A stretch of 63,060 nt of DNA, counting the filler, from Nemertoderma westbladi (Eukaryota > Animalia > Xenacoelomorpha), in NCBI GenBank assembly GCA_032718475.1. It is 4 parts of 4 records of this genome, joined end to end, with 100 filler letters (N's around TTAATTAATTAA, not from the genome) between each part and the next. Parts side by side here need not be neighbours in the genome. Positions count along the whole stretch, not along the records: positions 19,247 to 50,098 come from JAUCBJ010000931.1; 3 more parts are not named here. One strand, 5' to 3'. Each line of letters begins with the position of its first letter. Position 1 is the first letter of the stretch. The notes below the pieces were generated by a model. The model did no database searches and was not told where the DNA came from. It saw only the letters and a program-made list of their open reading frames with translations. Both the position numbers and the translations under genes were made by a program. Of the stretch, positions 27,780 to 39,983 are shown one piece after another.

Positions 27780-27845
27780 CGGACTTCCAACCCGGAAGTC
27801 ACCAGTTTGATCCCACCTGGATGGACGTCTTGCCGACTTTGCAAA
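27780..27845 (+). mobile_element. Second, 5'-truncated copy of the same SINE-like element, inverted relative to the first
   Basis: gacttccaacccggaagtcaccagtttgatcccacctgga...tgccgactttgcaaa is the reverse complement of ~27469-27531. Confidence 0.75.
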
Positions 27846-28630
27846 ATGTAACCGTTTGCAAACAACATGTATTATGATGTTTGCGTTTTCTTCAATATAT
27901 AGTCACAACCATCCATAAAAGCTAATCTTTCAAAAAGTTGTTGATCTATTTCTTCCAGTGAAATCATGGGGTCTCCAAATCGCAAATAGTTTCGATACAA
28001 ATTTTTGATATTAACTAATAAATATATAGTTTATCCGTTCTCAAGCGCAAAATATTATGGGAACGCTGAATAAATACCGGGTATCTTTTATATACGATGA
28101 AACACTGAGAATCATAGAGGAAGTGCACAGTAAATCCATTCCGTTTACCTGAACAGCGTAATATTCGTGAAGGATCTTTTAGAAGTTCCTTATCGCGGAT
28201 GTTCTTATTTTTTCTTTATAAAAAAGAGTTAGAAATGCACTACTTTTTTAAAATATTAGTTAGAAAAAGCGGATTTTTTAAATAAAATTAATATATTTTT
28301 TATTACTATTTCATTTAAATATAGTAAATATTTACATATTCAAAACGTCTTTCACACTGTATTTATATTACACTTTATGAGTGGATGTAAAACACGAAAC
28401 ACCCGCGGCAACCAGAAGGCTTGTTTGTTACCTGTAATCTGGGAGGACACCACACTAACTCCCAAGGATGAAACTTCCCTAAATATTACTCCCCCCGCAG
28501 AAGCAAGGTACCAATTGCATCGTTGGGTGTGCTTTTAATATAAGTCTATAAATTATTTGCTTAAAATCCTGATTAATTCGACAATATTTAAAATGTTATA
28601 CTAAATACAAAATATTTTATGTTTTGGTAG

Positions 28631-28926
28631 GACATCGATCGAATATAACCAGGAAGAGAAAGAGTTTGCAATTAAACTAATAGAGTCCTTTGTCGGCAGC
28701 GTTCTACTTCCATACAAGGATACACACCAATACATGGAATTATGGTTCCTATTGCGTCAGTATCTACTCGCCGTTGCGTTTACTCAACTTCCTATGCATT
28801 CAGTGGCTGCAACTAAAACTTCTGCCATCAGCCTAATATTACTATTTTCGTTATCGCTACATCTGAGGTTGTTACCCTATAAGAAAAGGGGAAAAAGACT
28901 CTCTAATCTGGAAAACTGGCTGGAAG
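28631..28926 (+). CDS. Paralog A, exon 3
   Basis: ttttggtag|G ACA TCG... is in phase. Encodes FVGSVLLPYK..YMELWFLLRQ...LPYKK...LENWLEG, homologous to exon 3 of paralog B. Donor G|GTGAGT. Confidence 0.88.
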
Positions 28927-29448
28927 GTGAGTGTGAGACAGTGACTTCCGTAACTTTATTAATACAGTAATAGTAGGCCTACAGTTATTTATGTAGCCCA
29001 CTTTTCATCTAAGGTTCAAAAGAAACAGATGGTAAAAAAGACAAAAATGAAAATTTACAGAAAAAATTATATGTAGGCCCGATCGAATGAGCATGTTTTT
29101 GAATGATTGGTCACTTGAATGATTCCAAATCTGATATGAGGGCAAGGATGTTGTATACACCAGGAGGGGCAGCTTACGGGAACATATTCAATTACAGTAA
29201 GTTGCGACTAATATTAGGATACCATCCCCATGGTATAGGTCTAATGTAATGTGCGAACCTGCGAAGTATAGTGATAAGCGAAAAGGCGACCAATTAGAGC
29301 TGGAGATCACATTTTCACTTGCTGCTGTTATTGTACGCCTCTATCTAAGAAAAGGATGTACAAAATGTAGAACTTTATAGGGCGGGTGACTTTTATATAG
29401 GTGAGAATTGTTTATACGGCGGGTTGGATTCAAGTAGCATCCAGTAGG

Positions 29449-31332
29449 GCATAGCATACGAGTTAGGCCCCACGTCTATGTTACTCAACGTCTGCATAGC
29501 ATACGAGTTAGGCCCCACGTCTATGTTACTCAACGTCTGCATAGCATACGAGTTAGACCCCAGTTACTCAACGTCTGCATAGCATACGACTTAGGCCCCA
29601 CGTCTCTGTTACTCAACGTCTGCATAGCATACGAGTTAGGCCCCACGTCTCTGTTACTCAACGTCTGCATAGCATACGAGTTAGGCCCCACGTCTCTGTT
29701 ACTCAACGTCTGCATAGCATACGAGTTAGGCCCCACGTCTATGTTACTCAACGTCTGCATAGCATACGAGTTAGACCCCACGTCTCTGTTACTCAACGTC
29801 TGCATAGCATACGACTTAGGCCCCACGTCTATGTTACTCAACGTCTGCATAGCATACGAGTTAGGCCCCACGTCTCTGTTACTCAACGTCTGCATAGCAT
29901 ACGAGTTAGGCCCCACGTCTCTGTTACTCAACGTCTGCATAGCATACGAGTTAGGCCCCACGTCTCTGTTACTCAACGTCTGCATAGCATACGAGTTAGA
30001 CCCCACGTCTCTGTTACTCAACGTCTGCATAGCATACGACTTAGGCCCCACGTCTCTGTTACTCAACGTCTGCATAGCATACGAGTTAGGCCCCACGTCT
30101 CTGTTACTCAACGTCTGCATAGCATACGACTTAGGCCCCACGTCTCTGTTACTCAACGTCTGCATAGCATACGAGTTAGGCCCCATGTCTCTGTTACTCA
30201 ACGTCTGCATAGCATACGAGTTAGGCCCCACGTCTCTGTTAATCAACGTCTGCATAGCATACGAGTTAGGCCCCACGTCTCTGTTACTCAACGTCTGCAT
30301 AGCATACGACTTAGGCCCCACGTCTCTGTTACTCAACGTCTGCATAGCATACGAGTTAGGCCCCACGTCTCTGTTACTCAACGTCTGCATAGCATACGAG
30401 TTAGGCCCCACGTCTATGTTACTCAACGTCTGCATAGCATACGAGTTAGACCCCACGTCTCTGTTACTCAACGTCTGCATAGCATACGAGTTAGGCCCCA
30501 CGTCTCTGTTACTCAACGTCTGCATAGCATACGAGTTAGGCCCCACGTCTCTGTTACTCAACGTCTGCATAGCATACGACTTAGGCCCCACGTCTCTGTT
30601 ACTCAACGTCTGCATAGCATACGAGTTAGGCCCCACGTCTCTGTTACTCAACGTCTGCATAGCATACGAGTTAGACCCCACGTCTCTGTTACTCAACGTC
30701 TGCATAGCATACGACTTAGGCCCCACGTCTCTGTTACTCAACGTCTGCATAGCATACGAGTTAGGCCCCACGTCTCTGTTACTCAACGTCTGCATAGCAT
30801 ACGAGTTAGACCCCACGTCTCTGTTACTCAACGTCTGCATAGCATACGACTTAGGCCCCACGTCTCTGTTACTCAACGTCTGCATAGCATACGACTTAGG
30901 CCCCACGTCTCTGTTACTCAACGTCTGCATAGCATACGAGTTAGGCCCCACGTCTCTGTTACTCAACGTCTGCATAGCATACGAGTTAGGCCCCACGTCT
31001 CTGTTACTCAACGTCTGCATAGCATACGAGTTAGGCCCCACGTCTCTGTTACTCAACGTCTGCATAGCATACGAGTTAGGCCCCACGTCTCTGTTACTCA
31101 ACGTCTGCATAGCATACGAGTTAGGCCCCACGTCTCTGTTACTCAACGTCTGCATAGCATACGAGTTAGACCCCACGTCTCTGTTACTCAACGTCTGCAT
31201 AGCATACGAGTTAGGCCCCACGTCTCTGTTACTCAACGTCTGCATAGCATACGACTTAGGCCCCACGTCTCTGTTACTCAACGTCTGCATAGCATACGAG
31301 TTAGACCCCACGTCTCTGTTACTCAACGTCTG
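29449..31332. repeat. 45-bp minisatellite, about 42 copies, in intron 3 of paralog A
   Basis: Unit gcatagcatacgagttaggccccacgtctctgttactcaacgtct, highly homogeneous. Confidence 0.97.
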
Positions 31333-31447
31333 TTCTTGTATTTATTAAACGCCTCACACTCTGATCTTATAAAGAGATGGATTATATGTATTGAATTAAT
31401 TAGTTATTATAGTATATCGATCGGTTTCAGACATCATTTTATTTTAG

Positions 31448-31698
31448 GATTTGTTATTGGTGGTCTTATCATCACAAACATTGGGGCAGTACTAGCTCAC
31501 AACGCCATGTCTTACATCCAGTACTTTGGTAAAGAGTTATCCACCGTGGACGAAAGCATTGTTATTATTGGCGTTCTTGTCATCAATGGTTCGATCATTG
31601 TAGCGTTCCCTGTCTCTTTAATAATTCGGTTCGTAACAAATAAACTCTTATTGTTCCATATTTATTTACCATACTATAACTGTAGCACAAATTATTGA
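31448..31698 (+). CDS. Paralog A, exon 4 (two TM segments; 3' end uncertain)
   Basis: attttag|GA TTT GTT is in phase and encodes FVIGGLIITNIGAVLA...IVIIGVLVINGSIIVAFPVSLII. It either reads to the stop at 31698 (~1114 aa total) or splices at CG|GTTCGT (31629). Confidence 0.7.
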
Positions 31699-33409
31699 CA
31701 TTTATTATGAATTAGGTCAGTAGATCACTATTACATATTTTGTTGTTATTTTTTTATTAATTTACTGTAAAAACACTCATATCTATTTATTTATTTATAT
31801 AGATGTAACACGTAGCGAATTCGACATAAATGGTTATGTATAACGGCGTTTTAACGATTTTGGGAAATGTAACAAGGGCGTTATCATGGATATCTGGGCG
31901 TATTGACTACTTGTAACGATTACGCCTTAGTGGCGCTCTCAGTGTATTTTAGGTCTAAAGTCAGATGTCACACACTATTTTTTTGTTCAACCAGTGCAAA
32001 GTACCAATGAACATAAAATTACTTAATCCACCACGAAGAAAGCTTTTTCTGTGCTAAACTGCTTCACTTATGATAAACTCGCTTGTAAATGGGTAGTTTC
32101 CATTAGATAGAGTAAATAGTCTAAGTGGATCGCCACTGTGTTGAATTAATGCTGGTAATAATGAACTGATATGATGGTATCTTGCCAATTTATTTTTATT
32201 ATGGGGCTATGAATTATACAATATACAGTGTTCAGATTACAATCATCAGATTAAGATCATCATAAATAAACTAACTAACTAATACTTTTAGATATTATTT
32301 TTGTTTTAAATATTTTATTCTCATTTAATAAAGGAAACATTAGTTAATGCTATCACCAAAATAATGTTGAATTGTAGTAAAATGCTGCGATATATGTATG
32401 TAACATACAGTATATGCCTTTTTATCATACACATGAAATATATATATATATAGTTGCAAATGCGTCAAAAGTTAATAGCATTAATTCGCCATTATATGCA
32501 ATATATACAGCAAGAATGAATAATGTAACAAATTATGTAATTAGTACTGATGAAACACGTCTGTTGTATAAAAAATAAATATACAAGTTAAAAATACGTC
32601 CAAGAAACCTGTGGTGCAAATTCTTGTGTGATTTATTACATATGATAATAATGACTAATTATCTAAAAATGTGGGGTTTGATCAAGAATCCGACCTACGG
32701 TTACAAAAAATAATTTTGTGTTTTTTTATTGATTCAAATACACATTTTTATGCTGAATCGAACACTGAAAACAGATTTCAAATCCGATAAAGATATTGAG
32801 TTTTGAAAATTAGTAGTCTAATGACCAAATATTAACAAAGTTTTGAGAAAAACGGCTTTAAAGTTATGAGAGTTTCAAACGTTCCCGCCAATTTTCTGTA
32901 ATTGGGGGGATTATTATGTAAACTTTTACGATATTTCAAAGCAGACTTGTAAAACATTAGGTACATACGTCAGAATTCAGATACACATCAGTGTATGGAA
33001 CTTTGGCGACAATATTTTAATTTGTATTTTTATTGGAGGTCACTCTGTCTGTTTGTCTGAATACATGTCTGTTTCTCTGTCAAAAATGTAACAAATAAAT
33101 AAATATAACACCACCACCTAAATTTTTTTGCTATTGGGTTTTTATTTGCCGATGATTTAAAATACGATATCGGTTTTCACTATATATCGATTCTAGACGA
33201 TTGTCTGCATGTCAGTCAGTCTGTCTGTTTTTGGTTTGTCAGTCTGTTAAAATTTAAGAAGTGCACAAACTGTGCAAAATTTGTGTTATAAGGTTTTTCT
33301 GGGTGGTGATAACATTTAAAATGTCACTGGGTGGTAATTACAGTTAAAATTTCACTTTTCCAGTTTAAAGAAATCTAGACAATGAAAAAATATATGCATT
33401 AATAATGGA

Positions 33410-35470
33410 ATCAAGTGTATCAGTCAAGTGCATCAAGTGAAGTCGAGTATGTCAAGTCAAGCACGGTTTATCAAGTGAAGTCAAGTATCTCAAGTCAGTT
33501 ATGTAAAAGTCAAGTCAAGAATAGAATGTCAAGTAAAGTATGTTAGTCAAATATGTCAAGACAAGTATATAGTATCATGAATGAGTATATCAAGAATATT
33601 TGAGTTGAGGTAATGTCTGGGAGACAATTTCTTATATCAAGAATAGTATGTCAAACGATGTAATATAGCCATGTTAAATCAAGTATGTCAAGTCAGGTTA
33701 ATTCAAGTATATGAAGTCAATTATGTCAAGTCAAGTGCAGTATGTCAAGTCAAGTATATCTAGTATGTAAATTAAAGCAAGGCCTATCAAGTGGAAGTCA
33801 CGTATGTCAAGCCAAGTTAATTCAAGTATGCCAGGTAAAGTACAGTATGTTAGTCAAATATGTCAAATCAAGTATGTCAAGTAAATACAGTATGTTAAGA
33901 CAAGCAAGCCTATATAAAATGAAGTATGACAAGTGAAGTGGGGCATATCTCAATTTAAGTATGTCAAGCCATCTCAAGTATGCAATGTCAAGTATGTCAG
34001 GTAATCGGTGTTCTTTTATAAAGTAGAATCTAAAAAATTATCATTTTCAGTCTGGTGCAGTAATATAAAAAGGCCTAATGCACGCACAATGTCAGGGCTT
34101 AGAAATTGTACGACTGAAAGCAACTTTTTCCGATATGTGAGGACAAGTTTCAATTTGAAATGCCAGTTATTCCATTAGTTTTTCAGCCCAAGATATTTTT
34201 TCTAAATAATGTTCAGTTAAAATCTCTAGTTTTATTCTTTCCTCTGCGACTTGGCTTTATTTTTGACGTATTTGTAACCCTTTAGATTTATTGTTTTATT
34301 CAAATGGCGTTTCATCGACACCGATTGTAGAATTTGCTACATTATACATTTCTACAATATAAAATGTCCAATTATATTATTTGTAGTGTTTTTGTGACTT
34401 TAAATATTAATTTTTTTCTACATTTTGGAGTTTTATCGACTTCAATTGACGAAATAGTTCCATTATGCGATTAAGTGGTGACATTAAAAAAATTTAAACT
34501 TACAGAATGTAGTAGTCATCCATAAGCCTGTTATAGTAATCACTAAACTTGACATAAGTTGACGTTAAGGCCTACTTTACTTAACTTGGAATACTTGACT
34601 TGAATTTACCTATTTGACTTGTCTTTACTGAAGAATTTCAAGTCAGGTCAATTCAAATTTGTCAAGTCAAGTTTAGTATGTCAAGCCAAGTATATCAAGT
34701 GAAGTCAACTTTGTCAAGTCAAGTATGTCAAGTCAATTATGTCAAGTAGAATAAGCTAAGTCAAATACTGTATGTCAAATAAAGTACAGTATGTTAAGTA
34801 AATATAACCAGCCAACAATCTAAAAAATATGATTTTCAGTCTGGTACAGTAGGCTAATATAAATAGGCTTAATGCATAATATGTCAGGGCTTAGAAAAAA
34901 TGCGACTGATAGCAAAACTTTCCGCGATGTGAAGACAAGCTTTGTATGTGACGACGTCACATACAAAGCTTGTCTTCACATCGCGGAAAGTTTAAAAATA
35001 AATCTAAAGGGTTACAAATACGTCGTATTTGTAACCCTTTAGATTTATTTTTTATACGAAAGGCGTTTTAACAACACCGATTGGAGAATTTGTTACATTA
35101 TATATTCCTATATATAAAATGTCGACTTGGATTATTTGTGACGTATTTGTGACTTTAAATGTTTATTTTTTCCTACCTTTGGCATTTCATCGCCTTAAAT
35201 TGACGAAATATAGTGGTGACAATGACAAAATGTATACATAAATAATGTAGAAATCATAGCCTGTTTAAGTGATCACTTTACTTGACTTAAAGTTGACGTA
35301 CTTAACTTAGCATATTTGACTTCTTTTGGCAGAAGAATTTCAAGTCAAGTATGTGTATGTCAAATCAAGTATGAGAATTGAATTATATCAACTGAAGGAT
35401 GACAAAGCCAAATGGGGTATATTTCAAGTCAATGCAATGTCAAGTCAAGTATATCAGGTAAAGTCAAGTC
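33410..35470. repeat. Degenerate GTCAA(GTAT) short-period repeat with a diverged ~0.8-kb local duplication
   Basis: gtcaagtcaagtat-rich blocks at ~33410-34000, 34545-34800 and 35330-35470. 34028-34150 resembles 34817-34940, and 34267-34645 resembles 35024-35350. Confidence 0.75.
34915..35052. repeat. Two abutting perfect palindromes (39-bp and 29-bp arms, 1-nt centres)
   Basis: 34915-34953 / a / 34955-34993 and 34994-35022 / t / 35024-35052 are exact reverse complements. Confidence 0.95.
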
Positions 35471-36914
35471 TCTGGCGATTGACTTTACGTATCATTGTTT
35501 ACGTATCAATGTTTACGTATCATCGTTTTTTTACATAGGCCTACTACAGTATGTAATGTAACTTGTTGGTCGTCAAAACATAATTTCATTAACGTCTGAA
35601 ATGAAATTGTATGTTCAATGTTCGTATGTTTACCTAACGCTAACAAAGCACGGATTAAGCTTACAAGGAGAATAAATGTGTGAAGAAAGGGGAAACTGAG
35701 TGACATGAGAGTTTATATCGTAAGTTCCCGTTTCATTCTTGCTGGTTGGTGGTATTTGCGCATCGATTTTCCCTTGAAGTAGGTTAAATATTTCTTGCGT
35801 ATATCCCCCCCCCTTCCCATTTGAAATTGTCAGGTTATATAGTGATATAGGGTTTTAATAAAACAAAATATATCAAACTTGGTTGTGAATTAATAATTAA
35901 ATAATAAATAAACAGAAACACAGAATAATCGGAATGTATAGTAGGCCTACAGTAGTTTTGCACTACTGTATATACAGTAGGCTGATATCCTACTCTATAC
36001 AACTACTCTACTTGTACAGTACTTGAAAGTCAGTAAAGTTTACCTACACTTAACAATTTTTGTTACATAATTATACTGTATAAAACTATCATACTGTCTT
36101 TTTTTAAAAGATTGTAAGTTTTGACGAATTTTTTCTTGACGAAAACGCTACTGTATACACTCATTATTTTCATGCGCTTTACAAAGTATCTTCGAATGTG
36201 TACAGAACGTCAATATATATTTGGGAACGAAATCGCCACTGCATATGTAAACCGTTTTTACATATTCAATGGGCGTAAAAGGTTCGTTATACATATATAT
36301 ATTTATATAAAATGTCAGTCTCTCTGTGACCAGAGAGTTATATGTCAATATCTTACTTTGCTTGCAGATTCATTGAAAATGGGGGAAAATCATTAAAATT
36401 TAATTTGTCGAAATTGAAGTGGAAATGGAAGAGACCTGAAATAAATGTAACAACTAAAAGTTTTAGTAACGATGGCAGGAAAGAGATTGGATCTTGTAAT
36501 AGAACCTCACTTAACTGTCAATCTTTGGAAATGTATGTAAATTCTTCAGAGAATCGGCGTCATGATTTCGTTACATTATCACTGTGACTCGTGTTACATG
36601 TATCACATTAACATGAAATAAAGTAAAATTTTATTTAAAAGAATTTTTATTTTTTATTTTTTATTTAAGAATTCTTTATTATTATACTTTTAAATAAATA
36701 TTACATTTATCGTTATTAGTTATTACGAAGCTGACATATTTTTTGTAGGCCTATAATAATGTTATATTAAGTGATTCCGATAAATCATGGATTCTGTCAT
36801 AAATCCCCATTCATGTACTCCCTCCGGTTCATAATAAATTAATTGTTGTGGCTTAGAGTGACTGTGAAAGGCCAAAACATGATAGCCCACGCCATAGCGA
36901 AAAATTACCCATCC

Positions 36915-37130
36915 GTCCTGGTGGCTCAGTTGTCTTAGGCACACAAACCCGGCTGATGTTAACCGGATGTTTTTAAACCTAGGTACCGGGTTCGAGCCCC
37001 AATAGGGTCGGTTGATATTTGTCGCTAGGGAGAGCATTATCATAACATAATACCTATCCCTCCGGTTCACATAACGGAGATAAAGCGGCGTCACATTCTG
37101 CCAAGGGTTAACACCACGCCCTATGTTTAC
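36915..37130 (+). mobile_element. tRNA-derived SINE-like element
   Basis: A box TGGCTCAGTTG and B box GGTTCGAGCCC with over-long spacing and no clean cloverleaf. The 3' boundary is approximate. Confidence 0.55.
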
Positions 37131-37791
37131 AATTAGCAATTAGTGTTTGTACCGACATGAAAAACGAGTATCACCATGTAAAAACAATGTCTTCGATTCG
37201 CTGAGCATTGTTGCTACCGCACGTCACTGGCACCGAATAAGGGGGGAGGGGCAGGGGGGGGGGGGGGGGTTCCCCCTTTCCTTTCGGTTTTTTCTTATTT
37301 TGTTCAATGTGGTTGAAAAATGCATAGAAAACGATATACCATGGGAATCACTGGGAATACCAAGAGAATCACCAAAAGTACATAAAATTTGATTTTTCGC
37401 AGGCCTAGCAGCCTAGCAGCCTTTGAGATTCCAAAAATTTCACTAAAAGACTACTCTTCGTTATTTTCCATATATATTTTCCGATACCACATTTTTTGGA
37501 ACCAGCAGGTTCATTTTCATCTTATTTTTTACACACTTTATTTCTATTTTCGTTTTCGTTTTCGTTCTTAGAAATGTTGTAAAAAAAATTCTAAATTTTT
37601 TAAAAACTGAAAAACCCATGTTTTTTTTATTTTTGAATTTTTCATTCAAAAAATGGGGAAATATTATTCAATTAAGAAAAGTGCGTGAAATTTATTAAAG
37701 CTTATGAAATTACCTTTCATATAAAGCAAAATTAAGAAATATTACTAATTGGCGGATGAGTAGTATTTTTCGTGCGAAAAAATGTCATTCT

Positions 37792-38223
37792 GAGCAAGGA
37801 CTTCTAGAACATAGTATATATTCTATGTTATGTATAGAGAGTTCTAGAACATAGTATATATTATATGTTATGTATAGAGAGTTCTAGAACTTAGTATATA
37901 TTCTATGTTATGTATACAGAGTTCTAGAATATAGAATATATTCTATGTTATGTATACAGAGTTCTAGAACATAGTACATTTTCTATGTTATGTATACAGA
38001 GTTCTAGAACATAGTATATATTCTATGTTATGTATATGGAGTTCTAGAACATAGTATATATTCTATGTTATGTATACAGAGTTCTAGAACCAAGTATATA
38101 TTCTATGTTATGTATACAGAGTTCTAGAACATATTATATATTCTATGTTATGTATACAGAATATACATAATATATTAAATTTCTATATTATGAATATATA
38201 CTATGTTCTAAAAGTCCTTGTTC
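37792..38223. mobile_element. MITE-like element with ~30-bp TIRs and an internal 40-bp tandem repeat (about 9 copies)
   Basis: Left end gagcaaggacttctagaacatagtatatatt; right end aatatatactatgttctaaaagtccttgttc. Internal unit gttctagaacatagtatatattctatgttatgtatacaga. Confidence 0.75.
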
Positions 38224-38629
38224 TGAGATAATCGCCTTCAAAGTTCAACCTTCCCGCTAAAAACTACCTGTGGGTTCTGGTTGGTTAATAGTGTCTGACA
38301 TGAAGGAAGTACAACACCACGGTACACCGTGCTAAAATTGTATTTATGGGGGTATTCGGGGACGCTGATTTCATTTCCGAGGTCAGGTTTAACATTTGGT
38401 GGAATGTAGTCTGTCCGTCTGTCGGTTGTCTGTCTGTCTGTCTTACATTTTGACAGAGAAATTGGCAGATAGATATTCAACGATAACTCGAGAACTAAAA
38501 GTGATCTCTCTAAGCTGTTTTTAGATATTTAATCCCCATTAGAATCCGCTGTAGATGCAATAAAAACAAATTTCTGAAATTTTTTGCGAGGGGGGCTAAC
38601 CCCCCCCCCTCCCCCCCCCCCCCTCCCTT

Positions 38630-39983
38630 AATGAGTCCTTAACCAGTGCAGTATGACGGTCCCAGGCGCAGAAAGAGTCCCGACTCAAACAGACTACAGC
38701 GGCCAAGAATGCAGTTAAGGCTGCATCTAGGTCCCTGAACAGACAGTACTCTGTTAATCTACAGGAGCTAATAAACCAACAGGTTGATGCCATCAATGAT
38801 GCAGACGACTGCAGGCAATCATCTCAGGCATGGAAATCGATCAACTTGCTTACCGGGCGGAAAAGCCTACCAGTTAGGCAGATTCACCAGCCGATCAAGG
38901 CTGCTGCAAGGTAAAGGCTGCTGCAAAGACCATTAAGACCAATCGTGCCAGTGGGTAGATAGTGTTCCCCCCTGAGGTCTTTAAAATACCTGAGTGTTTA
39001 AAGCTCATCTATCCCATCATAGTAGACATGTACCGAACAACAATAGTCCCACAAGAAATGAAAACAAATAAGTTTGTGCCAGTTCCCAAGAAGGGCAACC
39101 TAACTCTCTATGGTTCTTTTCGGGGAATCTCATTGATCTCGATTGCTGCAAAGCTATACAATAGAATTCTATTAAATTGCATCAGGGATCCCATTGAGAG
39201 ACTGCTCCGTGGAAATCAGAATGGGTTCCGTGAAGTTAAATGTTGTTGACTTTTCAAGGCATTTGATTCAGTCTCTCGCTCACGTATGTTCAGCATACTT
39301 TCATTATATGGGTTTCCTGACCTGATGAAATTATTATCAGATCAGTAGTATACGATGATTCGACGACTTTTGTGTCTACTGTTTACGGTGATACAGAACC
39401 ATTTTAAGTGCTATGGGACGTCCTACAAGGAGACACACTTGCACCATTCTTGTTCATTTTTGTGGTTGACTACTGGATGTTCTACGCATGTCCTTAGATC
39501 ATCATAATGATGATGGGGTGATGATAACTCCACCTACTGGCTCCAGAATTCGAGGAAATCCTGCCAAGTACCTAACTGATCTAGACTTTGCTGACAGTCC
39601 TCAGGAAGTCTCTGATCGGATGAGCATAAGCTCAAAGGACGGTATGCTTGAGCATGTAGACCACTTCTGTTACCTGGGATCATGGATCCGGAAGTCAGGT
39701 GAGGACCTTCGAATACGTAAGGGAAGGGCATGGGCAGTCTTGAATGGGCTTTCCAGGATTTGGAAATCACAGAGAATTAATCGGAAACTTAAGGTCCGAT
39801 TATTTAGAGCACCAGTGGTTCCAGTACTCCTCTATGGGAGTCCATGCTGGGTTCTAACTGCTGAGGACACCAAATTTCTGGATTTCTGGATTCAACGAAA
39901 CAAGAATGCTTCGTCGGGTTCACTGTGTCAAGTAGATTGCACACATCTCCAATCGGATACTATATAATATTGGAGGTGTCTCA
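38630..39983 (+). mobile_element. Decayed RTE-clade LINE, older copy, 5' part
   Basis: VPVPKKGNL...FRGISLISIAAKLYN...QNGFR, QGDTLAPFLF, DFAD and LLYGSPCW motifs with frameshifts and deletions. Resumes at 41802-41895. Confidence 0.88.

Noticed and set aside
2691-31332. Tandem arrays as CRISPR arrays
   Set aside because: Units are head-to-tail with no unique spacers, there are no cas genes, and the context is eukaryotic and intronic.
29530-31348. 598-aa and 535-aa repeat ORFs
   Set aside because: They arise on both strands from a 45-bp unit, with no unique domain or credible start.
27469-37010. Functional tRNA genes at ~27490-27557 and ~36915-37010
   Set aside because: Acceptor stems do not pair properly and similarity extends into non-tRNA tails; they are better explained as SINE-like elements.
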